Shown here: positions 1-10,850 of the stretch, in pieces | Layout: each line of letters starts with the position of its first letter | How positions within the stretch are numbered: position 1 is the stretch's first letter | Assembly: GCA_965226885.1 (NCBI GenBank) | Contig: CBDDEL010000016.1 | Location: forward strand, 512,001-576,000 | DNA length: 64,000 nucleotides | Origin: Opitutales bacterium | Lineage (GTDB): Bacteria > Verrucomicrobiota > Verrucomicrobiia > Opitutales > UBA2987 | Direction: 5' to 3' | Translations under genes and position numbers: made by a program | Notes under the pieces: model-generated | What the model saw: only the letters and a program-made list of their open reading frames with translations | Told to the model about the DNA's origin: nothing | Databases searched by the model: none

Positions 1-156
1 GATGGCAACTGGAAAAAGAATTCCTGCCAAGACAGCGATTATGGCGATTACCGAGAGCAGTTCGACCAGGGAGAACGCTCCTCGTCCCCAACGGAGGCAT
101 GTATCGTTTCGGCAGGGATTAAGGCGTGGATAGCAGGTTGTCGGCGGTGGATTCAT
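1..156 (-). CDS. Prepilin-type N-terminal cleavage/methylation protein (5' part; runs off window start)
   Basis: Manual translation of the minus strand from ATG at 156 gives ...RGAFSLVELLSVIAIIAVLAGILFPVAI, a type IV prepilin motif. The start codon is uncertain. Confidence 0.75.
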   Translation of the reverse strand, partial: MNPPPTTCYPRLNPCRNDTCLRWGRGAFSLVELLSVIAIIAVLAGILFPVAI

Positions 157-796
157 TTTCAAAATAGTCTGCGGCGAAAATGCCGTTCGCGGGCAAGGCC
201 GGACCGAGTGCGCCATCCGGCCCGATGGACATCAGGATGTATCCGGGCCGCTGCCAATCCTGGGGCGAGGGATTTTCGCCGATTGTTTTGTATTGGTAAA
301 TATAAGGAGCGCCCCAGGGATCGATGAGGTAATTTTCTGCAAAACCCTGGTCCAGAGACAGCAATGGGCGGTTGCCAGAGGGGATCGGCTGGTGAGCCGT
401 TTGAAACTGTGAAATTTCGATAAAATGCCTTCCCTTGGCGCTGGTCAACGGATCGCTACCGGCCAGGAACCGGCCGCTGTTATCCGCATTAGGCTGAAAT
501 CCGGCGGTCGGGCCGCGATTGCCGATGAGGGCGGCATAGAGTTCGCGGGAGCCGTCGCTCCCGGCGTCGGCATAAATCCAGGGATAATCGCCATAATAGG
601 CTTTATAAGATTCCAGGGCCTGCGTTAGAAGGACCAATTGGCCCACCGCTTTGTCGCGGGCGGATCTTCTCTGCAAACCCTCTGAAATACCAATTGCCAG
701 CCCTGCCAGAATAAGGAGAAACCCCATCACCAAGAGTAATTCAAAAAGGGTAAAAGCGGACTTATTTTCCGGGCGCGGGTCGCACATTGCGGACAT
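119..796 (-). CDS. Type II secretion pseudopilin (GspG-like) with prepilin N-terminus
   Basis: SAFTLFELLLV prepilin motif; ALESYKAYYGDYP and LIDPWGAPYIY motifs of GspG-like pseudopilins. Confidence 0.8.
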   Translation of the reverse strand: MSAMCDPRPENKSAFTLFELLLVMGFLLILAGLAIGISEGLQRRSARDKAVGQLVLLTQALESYKAYYGDYPWIYADAGSDGSRELYAALIGNRGPTAGFQPNADNSGRFLAGSDPLTSAKGRHFIEISQFQTAHQPIPSGNRPLLSLDQGFAENYLIDPWGAPYIYQYKTIGENPSPQDWQRPGYILMSIGPDGALGPALPANGIFAADYFENESTADNLLSTP

Positions 797-905
797 TCGG
801 CCATTATTGAAAGACGGAATAACCGTGTCAACTGACGAAACGGTGAGATGGGGATTTCAGGAATCAATAATCCCCGAAAACCAAGTGTGCCCTACTGTTT
901 TCTAA

Positions 906-926
906 AACCACGGATGAGCACGGATA
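906..926 (+). repeat. Degenerate ~10-nt-unit intergenic repeat
   Basis: AACCACGGATGAGCACGGATA; related units occur at ~15200, 15285, 24995, 26623 and 57065. Confidence 0.45.
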
Positions 927-1069
927 ATGAAAAATAGATTCATATAACCGCCCCAGGAACTCTTTTCAAAATGGATCCATGGGCGTTGCCTAACGGCAAA
1001 TTATGACACGTAAAGATGTGGTGTATTGACGTTTGAAAATAAAAAACCGCCGAAGTTCTCTAGGATCGG

Positions 1070-1723
1070 TTAGATTTCGTCTCCCCAAATGGCTTTAATC
1101 TTCTGCTTGCCGAGCATCTGCTCCGGCGTATAGCCGCCTCGCATGTGACGCGGGCCCGGATACCCGACCACTTTCCAGCCAATGTAATCGCGGTTGCCGC
1201 CGTACTTCGGATCGGCAAGGAAGGCGATAATTGTGTGTGTGCGGAGCGTCCCGAAAAACTCCTCCGGTTTGACATCGCCATCGGGCCAGCCGTTGGCCTC
1301 ACCCAATTCGAGGGCGATGAGCACCGCGTCCTGCTGATCGGGCGTGAGCTCGATAAAGGCAGTGCCATAGCGTTCTCGGGACACCGCATCCAGGCCCGGC
1401 AGACCCTTCTCATAGATCGATCGCAGCTCAGCGTCTTCATGCGCGAGCGCTTTGTCGATGAAGTTCACACAGTTCGCTTCGATAGCGCCCGGCTCGTGAT
1501 CGGCAGGGATGATGCGGCCGGTGATCGCCTCCACCGTCCTCCACTCGAAGTTGCTCAACACCTCCGGCTCACTGGATTCCTGCGCAGCACTCAAAGCGAG
1601 CGGCCGCGGCATATTCCAGAGCACCCAGAAGGCACCTCCGTAGAGGGCGCTCTGGGCTACGAACTCGCGGCGAGAGACCCGCCGCGGTTTCAATGTCTTT
1701 TTCCTGGATTGGCGTGTTGTCAT
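1070..1723 (-). CDS. Gluconate 2-dehydrogenase subunit 3 family protein (Tat substrate)
   Basis: SRREFV twin-arginine signal; RIIPAD..PGA, FLADPKYGGNRDYIGWKVVGYPG motifs; overlaps the stop of the GMC gene. Confidence 0.88.
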   Translation of the reverse strand: MTTRQSRKKTLKPRRVSRREFVAQSALYGGAFWVLWNMPRPLALSAAQESSEPEVLSNFEWRTVEAITGRIIPADHEPGAIEANCVNFIDKALAHEDAELRSIYEKGLPGLDAVSRERYGTAFIELTPDQQDAVLIALELGEANGWPDGDVKPEEFFGTLRTHTIIAFLADPKYGGNRDYIGWKVVGYPGPRHMRGGYTPEQMLGKQKIKAIWGDEI

Positions 1724-2678
1724 AAGTTACCTTTACTCCCCTCGGTCACGAAATAGTCCCCAACCCTATAGGCGTTTGCAAGGATCGTTAGCGTTGGGTT
1801 GTAGCCGCCCGAGGTCGGGAAGCAACTTCCGTCCACTACCCAGAGATTCTTCACGTCGTGACTGCGACACCCACGATTAAGGACCGAACGCTTGGGATCA
1901 GTACCTATTCGGCACGTCCCGTGTAGGTGCGAGCTACCCTTCATCGGCTGACCCTGGGTGAGCGGGAAAGGGATCCACTTCTCGACGGCACCAGCCGCAT
2001 CTGCGAACTCCGACATTCGCTCAGCATACCAGGCGCTCATGGCAAGGTCGTTGGGATGCTGGTGATGAGTGATGCGCGGTACCGGAAGTCCCCATGCGTC
2101 CTTTACCTCGGGATCGAGATCCATACGGTTTTCCTCCATCGGAAGGTCTTCGAGGACGCCGTGCAAGCTCACGGTTCGCGGAAAAGTGCGTAGGAAGTCT
2201 TTGTATTCCTGCCCCCACGTCCGGTGGAGGCCAGGATACGACTGCTGAAACAGCGCGTACATCAGCGGCTGCCTTGCTGGGATGTTCGCTTCGACGACAA
2301 CGCCGCCTCGGATGAATCCGCGCTTCGGGTCACTAGCATGCAAGTCATCGAAGGCGGCATGGGTTTCGAGCCCTGTGAACCCATGTGCCAACTCGTCTAT
2401 AGTGAAGGCCACGATCGGAAAGAGGTGATAGGTCAGGTTGCGGCCAACGAGATCGTTTGAATTCGCGAGGCCGTCGGGAAAAGAGCTGGATGTCGACATG
2501 AGCAATAGGTGTGGCGTACCGACTGCGTTACCACATACGATGATGTGCCGAGCGAACACTTCACGCTCCTCTCTGAAAATCTGGTCGATATAGCGTACAC
2601 TCCGGGCGCGGCCGTCTCTTCCTAGCGTGATCTCGAAGGCCAATGCGCTAGGCCGCAGGTCGAGGCGGCCTGTAGCTA
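1720..2678 (-). pseudogene. GMC oxidoreductase, C-terminal part (IS-interrupted)
   Basis: GLANSNDLVGRN, HLHGTCRIG, NLWVVDGSCFPTSGGYNPTLTI motifs; joins in frame with 7674-8372 once the IS is removed. Confidence 0.9.
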
Positions 2679-2877
2679 GAGGCTGTCCCAAAAGGGTGAT
2701 TTTTGCGAGGGCTTTTGATAGGCGCTCATTTTAGAGGTATTTGCATTTGGGAGAGTATCAACTTTGCTCTCCTATGACGTTAGGATACTGGTTTTGGGGT
2801 CCGGTTGCCTGGTTTTCTTTGTATGAGCCGACAGTAAGGCTGTGAAAAAGTATTGTCCTTGCTTTTCCGCACTCTAG

Positions 2878-4464
2878 CCCGGATATTTCATGAAGGGTAA
2901 AGTTTGGCTCGTAAGGGTAAAGTTTGGCTCGTTATTGCTATTGGAGATGGATTTCTTTGTATTTTGGGCGGATCGTCTTGATTTTGAGGTGTTTTTCAGG
3001 GTGTAGAGACACTTCCCCCTTTCCCCCATTGGTTCGGTAGCGCCGGGGGCAGCGCCAATGCGCCCTTTAGGTTGGCACCAACCGGCGGGCCGCATGGTTG
3101 AAAAGACTGGCCCATGGATAACTTTCACTTAGATGAAAGTGAATCGTTCGGGTGTTGCGCACGATTACCGCTCCGATCTTGATTAATTTTAGCCGTAGAC
3201 TGTGGCATTGGAGCCGCGCCCACTTCGTCCCTTTTAATGCGAACCGGCGCAAGGCTTCCATCAAGGTGTAGGCCAGCCCCGACAAGAGCAATCGCCACTG
3301 GTTGGCCCACCATTTATGCGCGCTGGTGCGTTCGCTGAACAATTGCATCTGTTCCTTGATCCGGTTCTCCATCTCACCGCGGCCACAGTATACTTTGTCG
3401 TAAAGCTCTTGGGGATCGCCCTGCAGGTTCGTCACCACGAAGCGCGGGTTGGACCCCTGTGCGGTGTGTTCGGCTTTGTGGATGATAAGGCGTTGGCGCC
3501 GCCACGATTTTGCCCCATACTCGAAGTGCTGAAACAGCCGTTGCTTTTTGCCGCTACCCTCGAACCATTGTTTGGCTTGCTCCTGCAACTGCCGGGCCGC
3601 TTGCTGCAAGCGTGCATGGCGGGCCGTTCCCACTATAAAATAAACCTCGTTGCGCTCGCACCACGAGAGAATCCGATCCCGGCAGAATCCGCTGTCGGCA
3701 CGCCAAATAATCCGCGTATGGGGCCAGCTTTGGCGAATCCGTTTAACCAGCAATTTGAGGATGGCCCCGGCATGCTTGCTCGCATCGATCTTGCTGGGCC
3801 GCAGGTAGGCCACCAGAAGCTGATCGCCGCAAAAAACATACAGCGGCAAAAAACAGTAATGATCATAATAACCGTGGAAAAAACGTCCCTCCTGGAGCCC
3901 GTGCACCGGATTGTCGGTGGCGTCAAAGTCCAGGATGATCTCTTCGGGTTCCTCGGCAAAGGATCCCATGAACTGTTCGACCAGCAACTCGTTCAGGGCA
4001 AAGGCTGCCCGCCGATCCTGCCCGTTTTCAAAACGACACAAAGTCGGCGCGCTGGCCAACGCTTCAGTGCGCCCCGTTACCGTTTGCAACAAAGGATCGC
4101 GGCGCAGGGTGTCAAAGTCGTTCAAATCCTCATAGCCCGCCACCAGCCCGTAAACGCGCTGCCGGATCATGGCCAGCATCTCATGGCGCACTTTGCCCTT
4201 CTGCCGTTTGTCTACTAATTGCCGGGCCGCTTGCTCGGTCAAGCCCAACTGCCGATCCACTTCCCGGATCAAAAGCAGCCCGGCATCCGAAGTAACCTCA
4301 CCGCCCTTAAAATCAACCCGCACACGGCGGCCTTTTACCCTTGTCAACTGTAGTTCTAATTGTTTACTTTTTGTCATCGCTGATATTGCTTTAATGTTTA
4401 ATCTATCCTGCTGTATATCAGCAGATAAGCATATCAGCGATACTTTTTTTATGAAATTTCCGGG
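2878..4464 (-). mobile_element. IS1380-family element, isoform A
   Basis: Ends CCCGGATATTTCAT / ATGAAATTTCCGGG; CTAG on both flanks. Confidence 0.93.
3067..4377 (-). CDS. IS1380-family transposase (436 aa)
   Basis: FKGGEVTSDAGLLL, ILDFDATD, RADSGF, YCGRGEMENRIKE motifs. Confidence 0.95.
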   Translation of the reverse strand: MTKSKQLELQLTRVKGRRVRVDFKGGEVTSDAGLLLIREVDRQLGLTEQAARQLVDKRQKGKVRHEMLAMIRQRVYGLVAGYEDLNDFDTLRRDPLLQTVTGRTEALASAPTLCRFENGQDRRAAFALNELLVEQFMGSFAEEPEEIILDFDATDNPVHGLQEGRFFHGYYDHYCFLPLYVFCGDQLLVAYLRPSKIDASKHAGAILKLLVKRIRQSWPHTRIIWRADSGFCRDRILSWCERNEVYFIVGTARHARLQQAARQLQEQAKQWFEGSGKKQRLFQHFEYGAKSWRRQRLIIHKAEHTAQGSNPRFVVTNLQGDPQELYDKVYCGRGEMENRIKEQMQLFSERTSAHKWWANQWRLLLSGLAYTLMEALRRFALKGTKWARLQCHSLRLKLIKIGAVIVRNTRTIHFHLSESYPWASLFNHAARRLVPT

Positions 4465-5773
4465 CTAGCGCCGCCGCTTTGGTTTTTAGTTCGTCTTGCT
4501 GGGCCAGCATCTTGGCTACTTTCCATAGGTTGTGCGAGAGTACCGACCAGGCTACGCTGATCGAGCGGTTGGCAAAGCCTTTGCTGCGCAACCGCCCGGC
4601 CTGCCAGCGATTCTTCAATACCCCGATCCGCCCTTCGGTGCTGGCCCGGCGCTTTTGCAATTGTCTGAACAGTGGTTCCTCCATCCGTTTTTTCAACTGC
4701 TTCGGATCGCGTGGACAGAGCGCGTCGTAGATTCCCTCCTGGGCTAACTGCCGGCGGGCCCGCTGGGAGGCAAATCCCCGGTCCGCGCACATGGCCGCTA
4801 TGGGTTCTTCCAGGTTGAAGCGGTTCTGTCTTTGCAGACTCTCTTGCATTTGTTCATTTTCGCTTGGAGTTCGGCTGCCGTAGAGTTTCCAGTCCAGCAG
4901 GTACCCTTCAACGCTTTCTCCCAAAAACAGGGTGTTGCCGAACTCGACCTCTTGGCCCGCTTTACCTCGCACAATCACCTGCACATCGAGTTCGTAAACA
5001 CTCAAGACTTTCTCTGCGTTTTTCACCTGGCGGCCGCCAATGATCCGCTCGTGCGCCTGTTTGATGACCACCGGGATTTGCTCGCTCATGCGCTCCATCC
5101 GGGCGAGGATCTGTTGGACCTGTTTTTCGCTGTAATCGCTTTGCTCCCAGCAGGCTTGCAATAATTCCCGGTGACTGCGGGCATGCTCCCCGATCCGTTT
5201 GAGCAGCTTTTTCATCTGCCTCAAGATACCCTTGCGCTGCCGCGCGCTGTCCTTTCGCCGCCGGCTGTGGGTCATCTGTATGCACAGCCGATTCATCTGC
5301 CGAGCCAAGGGCTCCGGTTCGATCGGCATGCGATGGCGCAAACCGGCCTTCTCGCGGATCAGCCGGATCGCTTTGAGCAACGTGCCGGCTACATCCTTGA
5401 GTAATACCCAGTCCGTCGGCCAATGAATGTTAGCCTCCAAACAGGTGCCGTCGATCAGGCAAATGGTGGTGTCAATCGGCTTGTCCAATCCCACCTGCCG
5501 GGCCAGAAGGGCATCGCCCACCACCTCAGTCAAGGTCCGGTGCAAGGCCCTCAACTGCTCTTCGCTGAAAAACTTCGAGGCCCGCTCCAGGGTGCTTTTG
5601 GAGATGCCCCTGATGCCATCGATCTGCCGGACACGGCAAAAGTCGGCCAACAGATCGCTGCTGCCCAGAGCCCGCGACAAATGCCGAAACGAAATCCCTC
5701 CGAGCAGACGGCCCAGCGTATCCATGCGCAGTGCCTTGATGGCAAAACTGGCCCGCTGCCGCCGGGCCTTTAA
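4465..5773 (-). pseudogene. IS5/ISNCY-like DDE transposase, main fragment
   Basis: Matches residues ~60 to end of the 57375-58856 transposase; cut by IS1380 insertions. Confidence 0.88.
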
Positions 5774-7340
5774 CCCGGATATTTCATGAAGGGTAAAGTT
5801 TGGCTCGTTATTGCTATTGGAGATGGATTTCTTTGTATTTTGAGCAGATCGTCTTGATTTTTAGGTGTTTTTCAGGGTGTAGAGACACTGCCCCCTTTCC
5901 CCCATTGGTTCGGTAGTGCCGGGGGCAGCACCAATGCACCCTTTAGGTTGGCACCAATCGGCGGGCCGCATGGTTGAAAAGACTGGCCCAAGGACAACCC
6001 TCACTTAGGTGAAAGTGAATCGTTCGGGTGTTGCGCACGATGACCGCTCCGATCTTGATTAATTTGAGCCGCAGGGTGTGGCATTGGGCCCGCGCCCACT
6101 TCGTCCCTTTTAAGGCTAACCGGCGCATGGCTTCCATCAAGGTGTAGGCCAGCGCCGACAAGAGCAATCGCCACTGATTGGCCCACCATTGATGGGCGCT
6201 GGTGCGCTCGCTGAACAATTGCATCTGTTCCTTGATTCGGTTCTCCATTTCACCGCGGCCACAGTATACCTTGTCGTAAAGCTCCTGGGGATCGCCCGGC
6301 AGGTTCGTCACCACGAAGCGCGGGTTGGACCCCTGTGCGGTGTGTTCGGCTTTATGGATGACCAACCGCAGCCATCGCCACGAATCGGCAGCATAGACGA
6401 AGTCCTGGAATAACCGTTGTTTTTTACCCCTTAGTTCGAACCATTCTTTGGCCTGCTTTTGCAACTGCTGGGCGTCTTGCTGCAAGCGTGCATTGCGAGC
6501 CATCCCCACGATGTAACTAACTTCGTTGCGGTCACACCAAGAGAGTATCCGGTCTCGACAAAATCCACTGTCGGCGCGCCAAATAATCCGCGTACGGGGC
6601 CAGCTTTGGCGAATCCGTTTAACCAGCAATTTGAGGATGGCCCCGGCATGCTTGCTGGCATCGATCTTGCTCGGCCGCAGGTAGGCCACCAGCAGCTGAT
6701 CACCGCAAAAAACATATAGCGGCAGAAAACAGTAATGATCATAATAACCGTGGAAAAAACGTCCCTCCTGGAGCCCGTGCACCGGATTGTCGGTGGCGTC
6801 AAAGTCCAGGATGATCTCTTCGGGTTCCTCGGCAAAAGAGCCCATGAACTGTTCGACCAACAGCTCGTTTACCGCAAAGGCCGCCCGCCGATCCTGCCCG
6901 TTTTCAAAACGACACAAAGTCGGCGCGCTGGCCAACGTTTCAATGCGCCCCGTTACCGTTTGCAACAATGGATCGTGGCGCAGGGTATCAAAGTCGTTCA
7001 AATCCTCATAGCCCGCCACCAGCCCGTAAACGCGCTGCCGCAGCATCCCCAATACCTCATGGCGTACTTTGCCCTTCTGCCGTTTGTCCACTAACTGTCG
7101 GGCCGCTCGTTCGGTCAAGCCCAACTGCCGATCCACTTCCCGGATCAAAAGCAGTCCGGCATCCGAAGTAACCTCTCCGCCCTTGAAATCAACCCGCACA
7201 CGGCGGCCTTTTACCCTTGTCAACTGTAGCTTTAATTGTTTACCTTTTGTCATCGCTGATATTGCTTTAATTATTGATCTATCCTGCTGTATATCAGCAG
7301 TTAAGCATATCAACGATACTTTTTTTACGAAATATCCGGG
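5774..7340 (-). mobile_element. IS1380-family element, isoform B
   Basis: Ends CCCGGATATTTC / GAAATATCCGGG; flanks TTAA (left) and TTAG (right). Confidence 0.93.
5943..7253 (-). CDS. IS1380-family transposase, isoform B
   Basis: Same motifs as isoform A with a divergent C-terminal patch; start set at MTKGKQ by alignment with isoform A. Confidence 0.93.
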   Translation of the reverse strand: MTKGKQLKLQLTRVKGRRVRVDFKGGEVTSDAGLLLIREVDRQLGLTERAARQLVDKRQKGKVRHEVLGMLRQRVYGLVAGYEDLNDFDTLRHDPLLQTVTGRIETLASAPTLCRFENGQDRRAAFAVNELLVEQFMGSFAEEPEEIILDFDATDNPVHGLQEGRFFHGYYDHYCFLPLYVFCGDQLLVAYLRPSKIDASKHAGAILKLLVKRIRQSWPRTRIIWRADSGFCRDRILSWCDRNEVSYIVGMARNARLQQDAQQLQKQAKEWFELRGKKQRLFQDFVYAADSWRWLRLVIHKAEHTAQGSNPRFVVTNLPGDPQELYDKVYCGRGEMENRIKEQMQLFSERTSAHQWWANQWRLLLSALAYTLMEAMRRLALKGTKWARAQCHTLRLKLIKIGAVIVRNTRTIHFHLSEGCPWASLFNHAARRLVPT

Positions 7341-7518
7341 TTAGACCCATTGGCTGCCACCCCTCCAAGGCCAGCTCAATGGCCTGCGATTCCACCTCCG
7401 AGTCGATCAGCAGCCGATCGATTCGATCAATGGTGGCGCGGAAGTTATCGTAATCGAGGCACCGGTCGACCACAGTTAAAGCTGGACGCAGGAGGCATTG
7501 GATGGCTATATTTTTCAT
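7341..7518 (-). pseudogene. IS5/ISNCY-like transposase, N-terminal fragment
   Basis: MKNIAIQCLLRP...PMGL matches the N-terminus of the intact copy. Confidence 0.88.
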
Positions 7519-7673
7519 AGAAAGGGCTATATTGATTTTCGCTAACTCAATTATAGAACCCTTTTTTGGCCGGATCGAGCAAAAACTTGCTCTTTCCGGC
7601 TCTTTTTATCAACGTCATCCAGTTGACTATCATCCAGTTGACTATAAAATCTTTATATTTTTGGGACAGCCTC

Positions 7674-8372
7674 TAGCTAGCGCTTTCGGGATCGAGATGG
7701 CAAACGTTGTGCCTTTGGCCCCAATCGGGCAGCCGTAGCTAGAGCAGGTGCCACCGTATATACATGCCGGGCGCCCCCCTTGTGGGCGCGAGTTTATGGC
7801 CATGGGAGTCGGGAAGGGGTGATAGCCGAGCTTCCTTGCGCCACGGGCAAAGCGGACGCTGCCGGTGCGGTCCGGATGCGGTGGGTTGGGATAGCCGCGC
7901 TTGCGGGGAGAGCCAAAGGGGTTTGCGGTCGCATCCCCCGACACCCCGAACTCCCACTCGGCCCGCTCGTAGTAGGGTTCGATCTCGTCATAATCGAAGG
8001 GCCAATCAGCCAGGCTCGCACCGGGAACGGGACCTTCCATGGAGAGCACTTTAAACTCATCGGGCCGAAAACGCCACGACCAAGTCGCCCAATGGAGCAT
8101 CGTCCCACCCACACAATAAGCCACCCTGTTGAAGCGACTCGTTTCAGTTGGGCTGTCCTCGTCGTAGCGCCAAGTTTCGACCTGGTCCGGCGAGAAGAGT
8201 TCGTCCCGTACGACCATGTGGAGTTCGTCGTCGCTGAACTGTGAGGGCTGGAGGAATGGGCCCCGCTGAAGAGCGACCACCCGAAACCCCGCCGCGGTTA
8301 GCTCCTGGATCATGACCCCACCGCCGGCTCCAGTGCCAATCACGCAAACGTCGAACTCATCTTTCTGGCCAT
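7674..8372 (-). pseudogene. GMC oxidoreductase, N-terminal FAD-binding part
   Basis: FDVCVIGTGAGGG Rossmann motif, VGGTMLHW, CIYGGTCSSYGCPIGAK. The likely ATG at 8372 is out of frame by one base. Confidence 0.9.
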
Positions 8373-8397
8373 ATTGTTGAACCTTTTCTCTTGGCGC

Positions 8398-8463
8398 CCC
8401 TAACGTCTGAGCTCTGCTGCGTACCGGTAGCGTTCGAGGCCTTCAAGAACTTGATCGAAGGGA
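8398..8463 (-). other. Partial attC-like site (right half plus stem), split by IS1380
   Basis: Minus strand reads GCAGAGC-TCAGAC-GTTAGGG, 25 nt before the GMC ATG; the stem continues at 10839-10853. Confidence 0.5.
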
Positions 8464-10006
8464 CTAGCCCGGATATTTCATGAAGGGTAAAGTTTGGCTC
8501 GTTATTGCTATTGGAGATGGATTTCTTTGTATTTTGGGCGGATCGTCTTGATTTTGAGGTGTTTTTCAGGGTGTAGAGACACTTCCCCCTTTCCCCCATT
8601 GGTTCGGTAGCGCCGGGGGCAGCGCCAATGCGCCCTTTAGGTTGGCACCAACCGGCGGGCCGCATGGTTGAAAAGACTGGCCCATGGATAACTTTCACTT
8701 AGATGAAAGTGAATCGTTCGGGTGTTGCGCACGATTACCGCTCCGATCTTGATTAATTTTAGCCGTAGACTGTGGCATTGGAGCCGCGCCCACTTCGTCC
8801 CTTTTAATGCGAACCGGCGCAAGGCTTCCATCAAGGTGTAGGCCAGCCCCGACAAGAGCAATCGCCACTGGTTGGCCCACCATTTATGCGCGCTGGTGCG
8901 TTCGCTGAACAATTGCATCTGTTCCTTGATCCGGTTCTCCATCTCACCGCGGCCACAGTATACTTTGTCGTAAAGCTCTTGGGGATCGCCCGGCAGGTTC
9001 GTCACCACGAAGCGCGGGTTGGACCCCTGTGCGGTGTGTTCGGCTTTGTGGATGATAAGGCGTTGGCGCCGCCACGATTTTGCCCCATACTCGAAGTGCT
9101 GAAACAGCCGTTGCTTTTTGCCGCTACCCTCGAACCATTGTTTGGCTTGCTCCTGCAACTGCCGGGCCGCTTGCTGCAAGCGTGCATGGCGGGCCGTTCC
9201 CACTATAAAATAAACCTCGTTGCGCTCGCACCACGAGAGAATCCGATCCCGGCAGAATCCGCTGTCGGCACGCCAAATAATCCGCGTATGGGGCCAGCTT
9301 TGGCGAATCCGTTTAACCAGCAATTTGAGGATGGCCCCGGCATGCTTGCTCGCATCGATCTTGCTGGGCCGCAGGTAGGCCACCAGAAGCTGATCGCCGC
9401 AAAAAACATACAGCGGCAAAAAACAGTAATGATCATAATAACCGTGGAAAAAACGTCCCTCCTGGAGCCCGTGCACCGGATTGTCGGTGGCGTCAAAGTC
9501 CAGGATGATCTCTTCGGGTTCCTCGGCAAAGGATCCCATGAACTGTTCGACCAGCAACTCGTTCAGGGCAAAGGCTGCCCGCCGATCCTGCCCGTTTTCA
9601 AAACGACACAAAGTCGGCGCGCTGGCCAACGCTTCAGTGCGCCCCGTTACCGTTTGCAACAAAGGATCGCGGCGCAGGGTGTCAAAGTCGTTCAAATCCT
9701 CATAGCCCGCCACCAGCCCGTAAACGCGCTGCCGGATCATGGCCAGCATCTCATGGCGCACTTTGCCCTTCTGCCGTTTGTCTACTAATTGCCGGGCCGC
9801 TTGCTCGGTCAAGCCCAACCGCCGATCCACTTCCCGGATCAAAAGCAGCCCGGCATCCGAAGTAACCTCACCGCCCTTAAAATCAACCCGCACACGGCGG
9901 CCTTTTACCCTTGTCAACTGTAGTTCTAATTGTTTACTTTTTGGTAGTGTTAACATTTTGAATGTTTAAGCTGTACTTTTTAGCGTGATTATGTTGTGAA
10001 CTGGGA

Positions 10007-10270
10007 ATGGTCCATATCACAGTAAAATGTCCTCAATGCGGAAGCGATCACATCATCAAGCACGGCAAGGATCCGAAAGGGGTTCAGAAGTATCGATGCA
10101 AGGGGTGTGGTTATCAGTTTCGGCTTCACCCCAAAAGTCGTGAGCATCCTCCGGCGCTGGTCAAGCAGGTGCTCCGTGCGCACCAAAACCGGATGAGCCT
10201 GCGTGCCATTTACCGTACCTTCGGGGTAGCCCCAAAGACGGTCATCGAATGGATTAAAAAAAAGTCCTGA
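10007..10270 (+). CDS. insA: IS1 InsA-like protein (Zn ribbon plus HTH)
   Basis: CPQCGS...YRCKGC; A8G slippery run at 10256-10264. Confidence 0.88.
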   Translation: MVHITVKCPQCGSDHIIKHGKDPKGVQKYRCKGCGYQFRLHPKSREHPPALVKQVLRAHQNRMSLRAIYRTFGVAPKTVIEWIKKKS

Positions 10271-10272
10271 GT

Positions 10273-10731
10273 TTGCCGAAGCTGGAGTCCACTCTGCTTG
10301 CCCGCCAGTGTAGTGATGTGCTGGAACTGGACGAGGTGTGGTCATTCTGGGGCGATAAGCGTTCGGGGCAGGTATGGCTATGGGTAGCCTTGTGTCGACG
10401 TACCCGACAGGTCGTCGGGTTTTCTCTGGGTGATCGTAGCGATCAAACGTGCTGGCAGTTGTATCACAACATCGCCCAGCCCTATCGCGACTGTGCCACC
10501 GTAAGCGATTACTGGGAAAGCTACGACAAGGTTTTCCCTCACAACAGCGCCAGCGGGAAACAATCCGGCCAAACCGCCCATATCGAACGCTGGAACAATA
10601 CCTTGCGACAGTCCCTGTCACGCTATGTGCGTAAAACGCTGTCATTCTCGAAGTCTTTGGTCATGCATTTTCGCGTCCTGTGCTTGTTCATCTGGGAATA
10701 CAACAGCAATATCAAATATTCGTCATGTTAA
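10273..10731 (+). CDS. insB: IS1 InsB-like catalytic domain (probably -1 frameshift fusion)
   Basis: LELDEVWSF, SDYW, TAHIERWNNTLRQ motifs. Confidence 0.88.
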   Translation: MPKLESTLLARQCSDVLELDEVWSFWGDKRSGQVWLWVALCRRTRQVVGFSLGDRSDQTCWQLYHNIAQPYRDCATVSDYWESYDKVFPHNSASGKQSGQTAHIERWNNTLRQSLSRYVRKTLSFSKSLVMHFRVLCLFIWEYNSNIKYSSC

Positions 10732-10850
10732 CACTACCTACTTTTTGTCATCGCTGATATTGCTTTAATGTTTAATCTATCCTGCTGTATATCAGCAGAT
10801 AAGCATATCAGCGATACTTTTTTTATGAAATTTCCGGGCTAACCCTGCCG

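Larger units (their letters stand above)
2679..7673 (-). mobile_element. IS5/ISNCY-like element, copy 1, interrupted by two IS1380 elements
   Basis: Terminal IRs GAGGCTGTCCCAAAA / TTTTGGGACAGCCTC; 6-bp TSD TAGCTA; colinear with the intact copy at 57193-59051. Confidence 0.9.
9943..10738 (+). mobile_element. IS1-family element (796 bp)
   Basis: Perfect IR GGTAGTGTTAACA / TGTTAACACTACC; 8-bp TSD TACTTTTT. Confidence 0.95.
8637..10751 (-). pseudogene. IS1380 transposase separated from its start codon by IS1
   Basis: ATG at 10751; the rest of the frame lies at 8637-9942. Confidence 0.85.
8468..10838 (-). mobile_element. IS1380 isoform A interrupted by an IS1 element
   Basis: Same ends as 2878-4464; flanks CTAG / CTAA. 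Confidence 0.92.

Noticed and set aside
3316..4218. 300-aa plus-strand ORF and similar long antisense ORFs (8886-9788, 15721-16881, 25141-26352, 46427-47413, 49274-50233)
   Set aside because: They are shadow frames opposite clear transposase or rho genes, with no motifs.
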